Assembly: GCA_963819655.1 (NCBI GenBank)
Contig: CAWFXA010000002.1
Location: 288,001-352,000 of the forward strand
Direction of reading: 5' to 3'
Source: an uncultured Chloroflexia bacterium
GTDB lineage: Bacteria > Chloroflexota > Limnocylindria > Limnocylindrales > CSP1-4
Length of the DNA: 64,000 nt
Shown here: positions 32,831 through 42,418 of the stretch, one piece after another
How positions within the stretch are numbered: position 1 is the first letter of the stretch
Layout: each line of letters opens with the position of its first letter
Program-made: the position numbers and the translations under genes
Notes under the pieces: generated by a model
Told to the model about the DNA's origin: nothing
Seen by the model: the letters and a program-made list of their open reading frames with translations, nothing else
The model's database searches: none

Positions 32831-33979
32831 ATGCCACACCGCGTGATCGACCTCCGGAGTGACACCGTTTCGCGACCCACCGACGCCATGCGGCGGGCGA
32901 TGGCGACGGCCGAGGTCGGCGACGATGTCTTCGGCGACGACCCCACCGTCATCGCCCTCGAGGAGCGGGCCGCCGACCTGCTCGGCAAGGACGCGGGCCT
33001 GTTCGTGGCGACCGGCACGATGGGCAACCTCGTGTCGATGATGGCCCACCTGGCGCGCGGCCAGGAGGTCATCGCGGGTGGCGAGCACCACCTCGTGATC
33101 GACGAGGCCGCCGGCCATGCGGTCATCGTCGGCGCGAGCGCGCGATCGCTCCACGACCGCCCGGACGGGACGCTCGATCCGGCGGAGATCGACGCCGCCT
33201 TCCGCGATCCGAACGATGTCCACGAGCCGCTATCCGGTCTCGTCGCGCTGGAGAACACCCACGCCCACTCGATGGCGCGCCCGCTGACCCCCGCGTACCA
33301 GCGCGAGGTCGCAGCGATCGCTCAGCGTCATGGCGTGCCGCTCCATATCGACGGAGCCAGGTTCTGGAACTCCGTCGTCGCGCAGCGCGAGGAGGGTGTC
33401 TCGGCGCGGGAGCTCGCCGATCCGGCGGACTCGGTCACGTTCTGCCTTTCGAAGGGGCTCGGCTGTCCCGTCGGCTCGCTCGTCGTCGGGTCGCACGAGT
33501 TCATCGGTCGCGCGCGACGCGCACGCAAGATGGTCGGCGGCGGGATGCGCCAGGCCGGGGTCCTGGCCGCGCCCGGGCTGGTGGCTCTGGCGGACGGGCC
33601 GGCCGGCATGATCGACCGCCTCGCCGACGATCACGCGAACGCGCGCCGCCTGGCCGAGGCGCTCGCCGACATGGACGGCGTGTCGAGTCCGGGTCGCATC
33701 GCCCAGCCGGCACCCGGCCGCCTCGACCCCGGACGCGTGCTGACGAACTTCGTGCTGTTCAAGGTGGATCGCGATCGGCGCGGCTTCCTCGACCGCCTCG
33801 CAGCGCGGAACGTGCTGATGGTGGAATATGCACACGGTCAGGTGCGGGCCGTCACCCACCATGACATCTCGGCGGCGGATATCGACTCGGTCATCAGGGC
33901 TGCGCGCGAGGCCCTGGCAGACACGCGGCCGGTGACGCCCGTGGATGATTCCGCCGAGCGGATCCCGACAACGGCCTGA
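32831..33979 (+). CDS. ltaE: Low-specificity L-threonine aldolase
   Basis: IDLRSDTV, GDDVFGDDPT, ENTH, HIDGAR, CLSKGLG and GGGMRQAG motifs. Confidence 0.93.
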   Translation: MPHRVIDLRSDTVSRPTDAMRRAMATAEVGDDVFGDDPTVIALEERAADLLGKDAGLFVATGTMGNLVSMMAHLARGQEVIAGGEHHLVIDEAAGHAVIVGASARSLHDRPDGTLDPAEIDAAFRDPNDVHEPLSGLVALENTHAHSMARPLTPAYQREVAAIAQRHGVPLHIDGARFWNSVVAQREEGVSARELADPADSVTFCLSKGLGCPVGSLVVGSHEFIGRARRARKMVGGGMRQAGVLAAPGLVALADGPAGMIDRLADDHANARRLAEALADMDGVSSPGRIAQPAPGRLDPGRVLTNFVLFKVDRDRRGFLDRLAARNVLMVEYAHGQVRAVTHHDISAADIDSVIRAAREALADTRPVTPVDDSAERIPTTA

Positions 33980-34045
33980 CCCAGCGAGCCTCATCGCGGA
34001 CCGGTCCACACCGCCGGCCGTGCAGCATCACCAGGAGCCTCCCGC

Positions 34046-35734
34046 TTGACCCTCTCGACCGACATGACCGGACCGGCGTTGCCCCGCCCGGCGCCTGCCG
34101 CGGATCGCGGCGCGCTCGACGACCGCTTCTACGACCTCGTCGAGGAACGCTTCCGCCGACTCATGCGCGACAACCCCGTCGCCGCGACGTACTTCGGGGT
34201 CCACGCCTACGACGACGAGCTCGGTGACGGGGGCCGCGAGACGCTCCTGGGCGAGATCGCCGCCGACCGGGAGCACCTGTCGACGATCGAGGGCCTGGAC
34301 CCGACCGGGCTGTCGGAGAGCGTCCGCTTCGAGCGCGACCTCGAGATCCACAACCTCCGGCGCTCGCTGTTCGAGGCGGACGAGCTGCGCGTCTGGGAGC
34401 GGCGCGCGCTGGCACTCGATACGATCGGCGACGGCCTCTTCCTGCTGTTCGTGCGTGACCACGCCCCCCTCGACGAGCGCCTCGACGCGATCGCCGGCCG
34501 TCTGGAAGCGATCCCGCGCTATCTCGAGGAGGCGCGTACGCGTTCGTCCGAGCCGCAGGTCCGGCTCTGGCAGCGGATCGAGATCGAGTCCGCCGGTCAG
34601 CTCCCGGCATTGTTCGACGAGCTCGTGGCGGCCGGCCGGGGCGTCGTCGGTGGTACCGAGTTTCGACGGCTGGAGCGAGCCGCCCAGGCCGGAACGGTCG
34701 CAGTCGACCTGTTCACGACCTGGCTCGAAGGCACGCTTGCCTCCGGCACGGACGACTGGGCGATCGGTCGCGAGCGGCACGACCGGATGGTCGCGCTCCG
34801 CGCGTTCGACGGCCTCGACGGCGACGAGATCCTCGAGCTCGGTCATCAGCGTCTCGCGGAGGAGCGCGCCGCGCGGAAAGCGGTCGCGCGCGAGATCGAC
34901 CCGGGAGCCGACGAAGCCGATGTCATCGAGCGCGTCAAGGCCGATCACGCGGCGACGTTCGCCGAGGCGCTCGAGGAGTACCAGGTCGCGATGCGTCGAG
35001 CCCGCGCCCACCTGATCGAGCGCTCGCTCGTCACAGTGCCCGACGACGAGCGGATCGATGTCCTCGAGACGCCCGAGTACCTGCGCAACGTCATCCCGTT
35101 CGCGGCGTACTTCTCGCCCGCCGCGTTCGACAAGGAGTCGAAAGGCATCTACGTCGTCACGCCGGCGGTCCACGGCAATGTGAACGCGCTGCGCGAGCAC
35201 AACCGCGCCGGCATCAGCAACACGAGCATCCACGAGGCGTACCCGGGTCATCACCTGCAGCTCGACGTCGGGCGCCGCCATCCGTCGCTGACGCGCCTCC
35301 TCGCCGACGCGCCGGAATTCGTCGAGGGCTGGGGGATGTACTCGGAGCTGATGATGCGCGAGCACGGCTTCGACGACGCGCCGCAATACCGACTCATCCT
35401 CCACACCGACGCGATCTGGCGGGCGTGCCGGATCATCCTCGACGTGCGCCTGCACCGCGGCGAGCTGTCGGTCGACGAAGGCGTCGACTTCCTCGTGGAG
35501 CAGACCCGCTTCGAGCGCGACAACGCCCGCTCCGAGGTCGAGTGGTACACGTACCGGCCGACCTATCCCCTGTCGTACCTCCTCGGCCGGACACTGCTCC
35601 TCGAGCTCCGCGCCGGCGAGCAGCGACGGCTCGGCGACGCCTTTTCGCTGCGGGCCTTCCACGACACCCTGCTCCGCAACGGGTCGCTGCCGATCAGCTT
35701 CCATCGCCGCCTGCTGGCAGGCGGGGGCGCCTGA
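34046..35734 (+). CDS. DUF885 family protein
   Basis: HEAYPGHHLQ, FVEGWGMYSE, WRACRIILDVRLH and FHDTLL motifs. Confidence 0.9.
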   Translation: MTLSTDMTGPALPRPAPAADRGALDDRFYDLVEERFRRLMRDNPVAATYFGVHAYDDELGDGGRETLLGEIAADREHLSTIEGLDPTGLSESVRFERDLEIHNLRRSLFEADELRVWERRALALDTIGDGLFLLFVRDHAPLDERLDAIAGRLEAIPRYLEEARTRSSEPQVRLWQRIEIESAGQLPALFDELVAAGRGVVGGTEFRRLERAAQAGTVAVDLFTTWLEGTLASGTDDWAIGRERHDRMVALRAFDGLDGDEILELGHQRLAEERAARKAVAREIDPGADEADVIERVKADHAATFAEALEEYQVAMRRARAHLIERSLVTVPDDERIDVLETPEYLRNVIPFAAYFSPAAFDKESKGIYVVTPAVHGNVNALREHNRAGISNTSIHEAYPGHHLQLDVGRRHPSLTRLLADAPEFVEGWGMYSELMMREHGFDDAPQYRLILHTDAIWRACRIILDVRLHRGELSVDEGVDFLVEQTRFERDNARSEVEWYTYRPTYPLSYLLGRTLLLELRAGEQRRLGDAFSLRAFHDTLLRNGSLPISFHRRLLAGGGA

Positions 35735-35738
35735 GCGG

Positions 35739-36440
35739 GTGCTAGTCATCCCGTCGCTCGACCTCGAGGGAGGCCGGTCGCGAGTCGTGTACTGGCCGGG
35801 TGCGTCGGCCGGGATCGGGGCCCCGACGGATCGGCCCGATCGCATCGTCGAGCGCCTCGTGGCCGAAGGCGCGACCCTGGTCCAGCTGATCGATTTCGAC
35901 GGCGCGCGCACCGGCTCGCCAGCCAATCTCGACGCCGTCGGCGCCGTCGCGTCCCGTTCGGCCGTGCCGTTGCAGCTCGCCGGTGGCCTCGACTCGGCCG
36001 AGGCGATCCAGCTCGCGTTCGCGGCTGGTGCGACGCGGGTCGTGCTGACGACGGCGATCTCCGATCGGCCCGACGACCTGCGGGCCTGCCTCGCGGTCGC
36101 CGGCGACTGGCTGGCGGTCGGGCTGGACCCACGACCGGAGCGGTTGGCCGCGTTTCCCTGGCGACGGCCGGCCCCGCCGACGGTCGAGACGCTGGTCGGT
36201 GAGCTCATCGGCGCCGGTGTGTCCCGGTTCGTCCTCGCGCACGGCGGGACGCAGCCGGACCTCGAGCGGGTGCGATCGGTCGTTCGGTCGTACGATGCCG
36301 AGGTCCTCGTCGCCGGCGGGGTGCGCGACCTGGACAGCCTCCTTCGTTTGCGCGACACCGGCGTCGCCGGCGTCATCCTCGGGGAGGCGCTCCTCTCCGG
36401 TGCCATTGATCTTCCCGCCGCCCTGGAGGCAGCCGCATGA
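35739..36440 (+). CDS. HisA/HisF-like TIM-barrel protein
   Basis: IPSLDL.GG, IDFDGA, LQLAGG, VAGGVRD and GVILGEAL motifs. Confidence 0.8.
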   Translation: MLVIPSLDLEGGRSRVVYWPGASAGIGAPTDRPDRIVERLVAEGATLVQLIDFDGARTGSPANLDAVGAVASRSAVPLQLAGGLDSAEAIQLAFAAGATRVVLTTAISDRPDDLRACLAVAGDWLAVGLDPRPERLAAFPWRRPAPPTVETLVGELIGAGVSRFVLAHGGTQPDLERVRSVVRSYDAEVLVAGGVRDLDSLLRLRDTGVAGVILGEALLSGAIDLPAALEAAA

Positions 36441-37054
36441 CCCACCGCTGGTCGACCACAGCCCGGCTCATTGCCGCCGTCGCGCTCCTCGTGCTCGGCT
36501 GCACCGCGACTCCCGGTGCCGGCGGCCCCGCAGCGTCGCCCGGGGCAGCCTGCCCGACGGCGCAGCCTGCGGCGCTGCCGGCTGGCGAGACGCGGACCGT
36601 TACGGTCGATACGTCGCTCGGGTCGATGACCCTCAAGATCGAGGCCGACCTCTCGCCGATCGCGGCCGGCAACTTCGTCGCGCTCGCCAGTTGCGGCTAT
36701 TACGACGGCGCCGTGTTCCACCGCGTCGTGGACGGCTTCGTGATCCAAGGTGGAGACCATGTCGACGGCGACGGCCCCGGCTACACGATCAAGGACGAGC
36801 CGGTCACAGCCCAGTACGGGCGCGGTGTGATGGCGATGGCCCGCACGAGCCAGCCCGACTCGGTCGGTGCCCAGTTCTTCATCGTCACCGACGACGCCGC
36901 TCGCGAGGCGCTCGCCTTCTACAACACCTACCAGATCGTCGGCCACGTCACGGTCGGCATGGAGACCGCCGACGCGATCACGGCTGCCGCAGCCGGGGTC
37001 GAGCTGCCCGCCGACCCAGTCGAGATGACCAGGGTCACGGTCGCCAACCCCTGA
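36437..37054 (+). CDS. Cyclophilin-type peptidyl-prolyl isomerase, lipoprotein
   Basis: VLGC lipobox; FHRVVDGFVIQGGD and GAQFFI motifs. Confidence 0.9.
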   Translation: MTHRWSTTARLIAAVALLVLGCTATPGAGGPAASPGAACPTAQPAALPAGETRTVTVDTSLGSMTLKIEADLSPIAAGNFVALASCGYYDGAVFHRVVDGFVIQGGDHVDGDGPGYTIKDEPVTAQYGRGVMAMARTSQPDSVGAQFFIVTDDAAREALAFYNTYQIVGHVTVGMETADAITAAAAGVELPADPVEMTRVTVANP

Positions 37055-37079
37055 CCCAGCACAAGGAAGGAGCTTGCCC

Positions 37080-37577
37080 ATGACCCGCGCCACGATCGCG
37101 ACCGACATCGGCGACATCGATATCGAGCTATACGACGAGTCCGCCCCGAAGGCTGCCAAGAATTTCATCGAGCTCGCCAACAAGGGCTTCTACGACGACG
37201 TGATCTTCCATCGCGTCATCCCGGGCTTCGTCATCCAGGGCGGCGACGGTCAGTACGGCAAGAAGTCGTCGCTCGAGCGCGGCCGCGTCGGGACCGGCGG
37301 GCCTGGCTACAAGTTCGAGGATGAGCCGGTCAAGGGCGACTACCAGCGCGGCTCGCTGGCCATGGCTAACTCAGGCCCCAACACCAACGGCAGCCAGTTC
37401 TTCATCTGCACCGACGACCTGAGCGGGCGCCTGCCGAAGAACTACACCCTGTTCGGCGTCGTGACGAAGGGCCTCGACGTAGTCGACAAGATCGTGTCCG
37501 CCCCGCGGGACGCGCGCGACCTCCCGAACGAGCCGGTCGCGATGACCTCGGTGACGATCCACCCCGATCAGGGCTGA
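37080..37577 (+). CDS. ppiB: Cyclophilin-type peptidyl-prolyl isomerase, cytoplasmic
   Basis: FHRVIPGFVIQGGD and AMANSGPNTNGSQFFI motifs. Confidence 0.9.
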   Translation: MTRATIATDIGDIDIELYDESAPKAAKNFIELANKGFYDDVIFHRVIPGFVIQGGDGQYGKKSSLERGRVGTGGPGYKFEDEPVKGDYQRGSLAMANSGPNTNGSQFFICTDDLSGRLPKNYTLFGVVTKGLDVVDKIVSAPRDARDLPNEPVAMTSVTIHPDQG

Positions 37578-39028
37578 CCCCGGCGCGTCGCGCGCGCTTC
37601 GTCGACGGCCGCAAGGATCGCGTCGGCCGATCGGTCGATATCTGATTCGCGCGTGTTCCAACCCGACACCGAGATCCGGATCGTCGGGGTGCCGTGGAAC
37701 GTCGATCCGCCCAGCCACAGCGTGCCGTCGGCCTGGACGCGGGCGACGACGTCGGACGTCAGCGCCGCATCGCCGACGCCGACGAGGACCTGATTGAGCA
37801 CGACCTCATTCAGGATCCGGACGTCGGGGTGGTCGGCCAGTCGCCTGGCCATCCGCGACGCCAGGTCGCAGCAGCGCTCCACCATAGCGGCGATCCCGCT
37901 CGCGCCGAGCGATCGGATCGCGGCGTACATCGGGAATGCCCGGGCGCGCTTGGACATCTCCGGGACGTAATCGAACGGATCGCGCTCGCTGCCGGGCGCC
38001 GGGGGCAGGTAGGCGGCGGCGACACCCATCGCGGCCCGGTGCGCGGCAGCGTCGCGCACGAAGACGACGCCCGAGTCGTACGGCACGTTCAGCCACTTGT
38101 GGGCATCGGTCGCCCACGAATCGGCCCCGTCGTGGCCGCTCGCGAGGTGACTCAGCCGTGGGCTGGCGGCTGCCCACAGCCCGAACGCCCCATCGACGTG
38201 AAGCCAGACGTTGGGGTGCTGGCGGACCACCGCGACGATGCGCTCGATCGGGTCGAACGCGCCCGTGTTCACCTCGCCGAGCTGGGCACAGACGATGGTC
38301 GGGTCGGATCTCCCCTGCAGGGCATCAGCCAGGGCGTCCGGATCCATGCGGCCCTCGTCGTCGCTCGGGATCCGCTCGGCGCGGCCTCGCCCGAGTCCCA
38401 CGTAGCGGAGGCCGTTCGTGATTGCGACATGGACGTCGGCCCCGACGATGACGCGGATGGGCGGCGCGTCGATGAGCCCCGACTCCTCGACGTCCCAACC
38501 CGCATTCCGCAGGACCGCATGGCGGGCGGCGGCAAGGGCGGTGAAGTTGGCCATCGTGGCACCGCTCACGAAGCCGACCGTGGTCCCGTTCGGGAGTCCG
38601 AGCAGCTCGACGAGCCAGTCGGCGACGATCTCCTCGACCACGGCCGCGCTCGGCGTCGCGAGATACAGGCCGACGTTCTGGTCCCAGGCGGACGTCAGCC
38701 AATCGGCCGCGAGGGCCGCCGGCACGGAGCCGCCGATCACGAGGCCGAAATAACGAGGTCCGCTCATCGCGATGAGCCCTGGTTCCACCCCCGCCGCCAG
38801 GTCATCGATGACGTCGCGGGCAGCGGTGCCCCCCTGCGGCAGCGCGCCACCGAGGCGCGAGCGCAGATCGTCGGCCGTCAGCTCGGGCGGAACGCCGACG
38901 CGGCGATCGGGCAGCGACGAGCGGTAATCGATCGCCAGCTCGGCCGCGTGCCGGAGAAGGTCCGATGTCCCGGCGTCGGGGTCGGCCTCGATCATGGTCG
39001 CAGTCGGCTCGTCTGCGTTCGTGGTCAT
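37568..39028 (-). CDS. Group II PLP-dependent decarboxylase
   Basis: WDQN, GEVNTGAFDP, HVDGAFG and DSWATDAHKWLNVPYD motifs. Confidence 0.92.
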   Translation of the reverse strand: MTTNADEPTATMIEADPDAGTSDLLRHAAELAIDYRSSLPDRRVGVPPELTADDLRSRLGGALPQGGTAARDVIDDLAAGVEPGLIAMSGPRYFGLVIGGSVPAALAADWLTSAWDQNVGLYLATPSAAVVEEIVADWLVELLGLPNGTTVGFVSGATMANFTALAAARHAVLRNAGWDVEESGLIDAPPIRVIVGADVHVAITNGLRYVGLGRGRAERIPSDDEGRMDPDALADALQGRSDPTIVCAQLGEVNTGAFDPIERIVAVVRQHPNVWLHVDGAFGLWAAASPRLSHLASGHDGADSWATDAHKWLNVPYDSGVVFVRDAAAHRAAMGVAAAYLPPAPGSERDPFDYVPEMSKRARAFPMYAAIRSLGASGIAAMVERCCDLASRMARRLADHPDVRILNEVVLNQVLVGVGDAALTSDVVARVQADGTLWLGGSTFHGTPTIRISVSGWNTRESDIDRSADAILAAVDEARATRRGQP

Positions 39029-39115
39029 GCCCCTGAAACCTCCCGAAACCGCACCTGGGACCCCTCCGCCCGCACGAAGGTTAAGGAATTTACACAGTTC
39101 CGTATGCCAAAAAGG

Positions 39116-39144
39116 TTGGAAAACGGCCCCTTGAGAGGTAGGAT
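39116..39144 (+). promoter_or_regulatory. Sigma70-type promoter of the candidate sRNA
   Basis: TTGGAA-17bp-TAGGAT preceded by an AT-rich tract. Confidence 0.55.
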
Positions 39145-39150
39145 ATAGAA

Positions 39151-39324
39151 GCTGCTAAGTCAGCCAAGCTGCCCCAGCGCCAAGGTCATGGGTAGGTAGG
39201 GTCAGGGTAGTCGGTACAGCCGACGTGATAGATGCTCTTGGCGCGTGGCAGAAGTGTCCGCTTCGGCGGACTCTTTCACCGGGACAGCATCGAGGCGGCT
39301 CCTTCGGGAGCCGCCTCGTGTTTT
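39151..39324 (+). ncRNA. Candidate structured small RNA (possibly 6S-like)
   Basis: Promoter upstream, nested stems, two UUCG hairpins, intrinsic terminator, no credible ORF. Confidence 0.55.
39291..39324 (+). terminator. Intrinsic terminator
   Basis: CGAGGCGGCTCC-TTCG-GGAGCCGCCTCG followed by TGTTTT. Confidence 0.8.
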
Positions 39325-39397
39325 AGCGCGGGCGCTGTCGATCCGCCGATGACCGCGTTGCCACTTGCCTGGTTCTCCGGCGAAGGATCTGCCATCT

Positions 39398-39460
39398 ACA
39401 TGCTACTTGACAGTAGCGTGTTTCTCCCGCAAGATACGTGCTACCGGTAGATAGCACGTA
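39398..39460 (+). promoter_or_regulatory. Tandem palindromic operators overlapping a TTGACA -35 element
   Basis: ACATGCTAC-TTGACA-GTAGCGTGT and TACGTGCTAC-CGGTAG-ATAGCACGTA. Confidence 0.6.
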
Positions 39461-39486
39461 CCGGTCTTGCGACAGGGAGACATCCG

Positions 39487-39894
39487 ATGGCCGTCTTCAC
39501 CACTCACCGACACCGCGGAACCCAGCCCTTCACGGTCGTCCTGCGGGCCGCGATCGTCGGCCTGACGCTTGCCACCGCTGCGATCCATGCAACGCTCGGC
39601 GGCACGCTGTTCCTCATGAACGCCGTGGGCTACACGGCGCTCGCGATCGCACTGATGGTGCCGGGGCCGCTGGCGCGGATCCGCTGGCTGACCCGCTGGG
39701 CGCTCGTCGGCTTCACCGCCGTGACAGTCGGCGGCTGGCTGATGTTCGGGGCTCGTTTCGACCTCGCGTATCTCGACAAAGGCATCGAACTGGCGCTCAT
39801 CGGCCTGCTCCTCCTCGAGTCGTGGATCGTCGATGGCGGTCCTCTCGGCGCAGTCCGCCGGGCGCGCCGGATCGCGGACTCGATCCTCGGCTGA
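39487..39894 (+). CDS. Small 4-TM membrane protein
   Basis: GGGAGA RBS; hydrophobic helices with TAAIH, NAVGY and YLDKGIE motifs. Confidence 0.75.
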   Translation: MAVFTTHRHRGTQPFTVVLRAAIVGLTLATAAIHATLGGTLFLMNAVGYTALAIALMVPGPLARIRWLTRWALVGFTAVTVGGWLMFGARFDLAYLDKGIELALIGLLLLESWIVDGGPLGAVRRARRIADSILG

Positions 39895-39912
39895 AACAGA
39901 GGCAAGCAAAGC

Positions 39913-39947
39913 GAACGGCCGGTGAGCCTGAGGCTCGGCGGCCGTTC
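39913..39947. terminator. Hairpin between convergent genes
   Basis: GAACGGCCG...CGGCCGTTC with inner GAGCC/GGCTC. Confidence 0.5.
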
Positions 39948-39955
39948 AACACTGC

Positions 39956-40492
39956 CTAGAGAGCGGCCTGTAGCTCCTCGGCCAGGCGCTCCGCCGCGAC
40001 GTCGATCGCGGCACGGAGGTCGGACGTGGTCGATGGGCTCGCCCACCCGATGGCGATGCGGACCAGCTCGGACGCGCCGAGCTGGTATTCACACGCCGCT
40101 CGGACGCGCTCGACGATGTTGATGGCCGCGATCTCGTCGGTCTCGGTCAGCAGGATCGCGAACCGGGTGCGACCGATCCTCGCGATGTGATCGCTCGACC
40201 GAAGCTCGACGGCGAGGGTCCTGGCGAGCTGCGTGAAGAGACGCTCGGAGACGTCGACGCCCCATCGCCGTGCATGGACGTCCAGGCCGGCGAACTCGAT
40301 CAGGACGACGGTCGCGGGCCGCGCATAGCGGTTGACGCGGGCGACCTCGCTCGAGATGACCCGGTCCCACAGGCGCGGCCCGTCGGTCCCGGTGAGCGCG
40401 TCGTTCCAGCCGGACGGGACCGAGGGCAGCAATCTGCCATCGGTCCCGCCGTCCATGATCTCGACCTCGTTCTGACGCGGGTCGTTGTGCAC
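39956..40492 (-). CDS. Stand-alone degenerate GGDEF-domain protein
   Basis: DALTG and LRSSDHIARIGRTRFAILL; GGDEF is replaced by GRTRF. Confidence 0.8.
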   Translation of the reverse strand: MHNDPRQNEVEIMDGGTDGRLLPSVPSGWNDALTGTDGPRLWDRVISSEVARVNRYARPATVVLIEFAGLDVHARRWGVDVSERLFTQLARTLAVELRSSDHIARIGRTRFAILLTETDEIAAINIVERVRAACEYQLGASELVRIAIGWASPSTTSDLRAAIDVAAERLAEELQAAL

Positions 40493-40747
40493 GCGGTCTC
40501 CAGTCGCCGCCGCGGGGCGCGTCGGACGTATGGATGGTCGCTCCGCGAGCCAGCCGCTGACTCGTCCCGATTGGTACCGCCCGCGACGGCGAAGGTCCGG
40601 GGCCGAGAGAGGGGGTTGGTGCGGAACTTGTTCCTCGCTCTCCACCGAGGCTCTTTGGCATGGTTGCGCTCGCGGCCACGCCGCGAACTCTCACGGTTGT
40701 CCCGGAGGCGGTCGAGCCCAAGGCCTGACGCGCCGGGTCGACGGCCC

Positions 40748-41774
40748 CTATGTCCGGACCGCCTCGGTGAGGGGGTGCAGCGGGCCGGTCCCGGCGCCCG
40801 TGATCTCGATCGCGCTGGCGATCTCGACGAGGTTCGTCCGGCGTGAGCTCGATCCGACCGGCATCGATCCAGCCGTCGATCTGCTCGGGGCTTCGGGCGC
40901 CGACGATGGCGCCGGTCACGCCGGGCCAGGCGAGCGTCCAGGCGATGGCGACGGCGGACACCGTCGTGCCATGCCGCACCGCGACGGGGCGAAGAGCGTC
41001 CCGGAGCGCGAGGTTCCGGCTGAGGCCCGGGTCCTGGAAATAGGGCGAGCGGCGTCGCCAGTCCTCGGCGGCCATGGCCGCCACGCGGTCGGTGGAGAAG
41101 GCGTCCGTCAGGATCCCCGACTGCATCGGGCTGTAGACGATGACCCCCGTGTCGTGGGCGCCCGCCCATGGGATCACGTCCGCGGCACTGTCGCGGCGGA
41201 CGAGCGAGAAGGGCGGCTGGAGGGAGTCGACGTGCTCGATCACCTCGGCCCGGTCGAGAAGCGTGACGTCGAAGTTGGCGACGCCGATCGCACGGACCTT
41301 GCCCTCGTCGCGGAGGCTGACCATCTCGGCCCACGAATCTTCGACGGCGGTGCCGGTCTCATCGGGCCAATGGAACTGATACAGGTCGATGCGGTCGACT
41401 GCGAGCCGCCGCAGGGATGCCTCGAGTTCCCGGCGGATCGACGCCGGCTGGAGGTTGCGGACGGGCTCCTCGTACGGCCGGGAGGTGTCGGGAACCATGC
41501 CGCCCTTGGTGAACACGTAGGGACGGTCGTCCATCGGGATCTGGCGCAGCGCCTTGCCGACGACCTCCTCTGAGTGCCCCAATCCGTAGATCGCCGCCGT
41601 GTCGACCCAGTTGATGCCCTGGTCGACGGCGTGCCGGATGGCGGCGATCGAGGCGGAGTCGTCCTGGGGACCCCAGCCGTACGCCCAGCCACCGCCCCCG
41701 ATCGCCCATGCGCCGAAACCGACGGTCGTGATGTCCATGCCGCTCGTCCCGAGCGGTCGCGTCGTCAAGTTCAT
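40748..41774 (-). CDS. Aldo/keto reductase, C-terminus frameshifted
   Basis: GFGAWAIGG, DTAAIYGLGHSE, IDLYQFHWPD, YSPMQSG and AIVGAR motifs. Confidence 0.92.
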
Positions 41775-41807
41775 CTCATCTGATCCTTTCGAGGTGGTTC
41801 GCACGCG

Positions 41808-42317
41808 CTACGTCTGACTCGGGCTGAACGCGGCGGCGCTCGAGGCCTGGGCCCGCGCTCGAACGGCCGCCCGAAGTCGTGTGCCTTCCTCCATGAGTGG
41901 AGTGAGGCGTGATCGATCGATCTGGATCGCGGGTGAGCCGGCGCGGCGCAGGGCGGTGACATTGGCGTCGACCGCGAGCTGCCCGACCGAATGAGCCAGG
42001 GCGATCCGGTTGTGCCCGTCGACGACCCAGTAGCCATCCGCGACCTGCAACAGGTCGACGGGCGGGAGGATCGCGAGAGCCCGAGCCGCCTCTTGGAGGC
42101 GTTCCCAGCGGCCCTTCCAATCGCCGCTGCGGGCGGCGGGGAGCGGCATGAACGCGAGATCGCGCTGGGTCTGGCCCGCGCTGACGGTGCCGCGGATCGC
42201 CGTGACCGGGATGGTCTGGAGGCCCACTGCCACGCCGCTTCCGTTGGCTGCGTCGGGGTGAACCTCCGCGAGGAGCGGGAGTCGCTGGGTGTTCTGGCGG
42301 ATGATCGGGAAACGCAT
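41808..42317 (-). CDS. ParB/Srx N-terminal-like domain protein
   Basis: IPVTAIRGTV and LPPVDLLQVADGYWVVDGHNRI motifs. Confidence 0.7.
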   Translation of the reverse strand: MRFPIIRQNTQRLPLLAEVHPDAANGSGVAVGLQTIPVTAIRGTVSAGQTQRDLAFMPLPAARSGDWKGRWERLQEAARALAILPPVDLLQVADGYWVVDGHNRIALAHSVGQLAVDANVTALRRAGSPAIQIDRSRLTPLMEEGTRLRAAVRARAQASSAAAFSPSQT

Positions 42318-42344
42318 CTTGGTAGGCTCCGTTATCTCGCCAGC

Positions 42345-42395
42345 AAGATACTTCCTAGAATGCCTTTCTGTCAAGTATCTTTCTGGTGTGATACT
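42345..42395. promoter_or_regulatory. Probable MarR operator(s) in divergent promoter
   Basis: Inverted repeats AAGATACTT/AAGTATCTT and AGTATC-N10-GATACT. Confidence 0.55.
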
Positions 42396-42418
42396 TTGAG
42401 CCCGGAGGAGCCTACCGA

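Noticed and set aside
26027-37183. Very long alternative-frame ORFs (26027..29293 +, 34028..37183 -; also 13192..15084 + and 19156..21870 -)
   Set aside because: They are shadow ORFs overlapping well-supported genes, expected in high-GC DNA.
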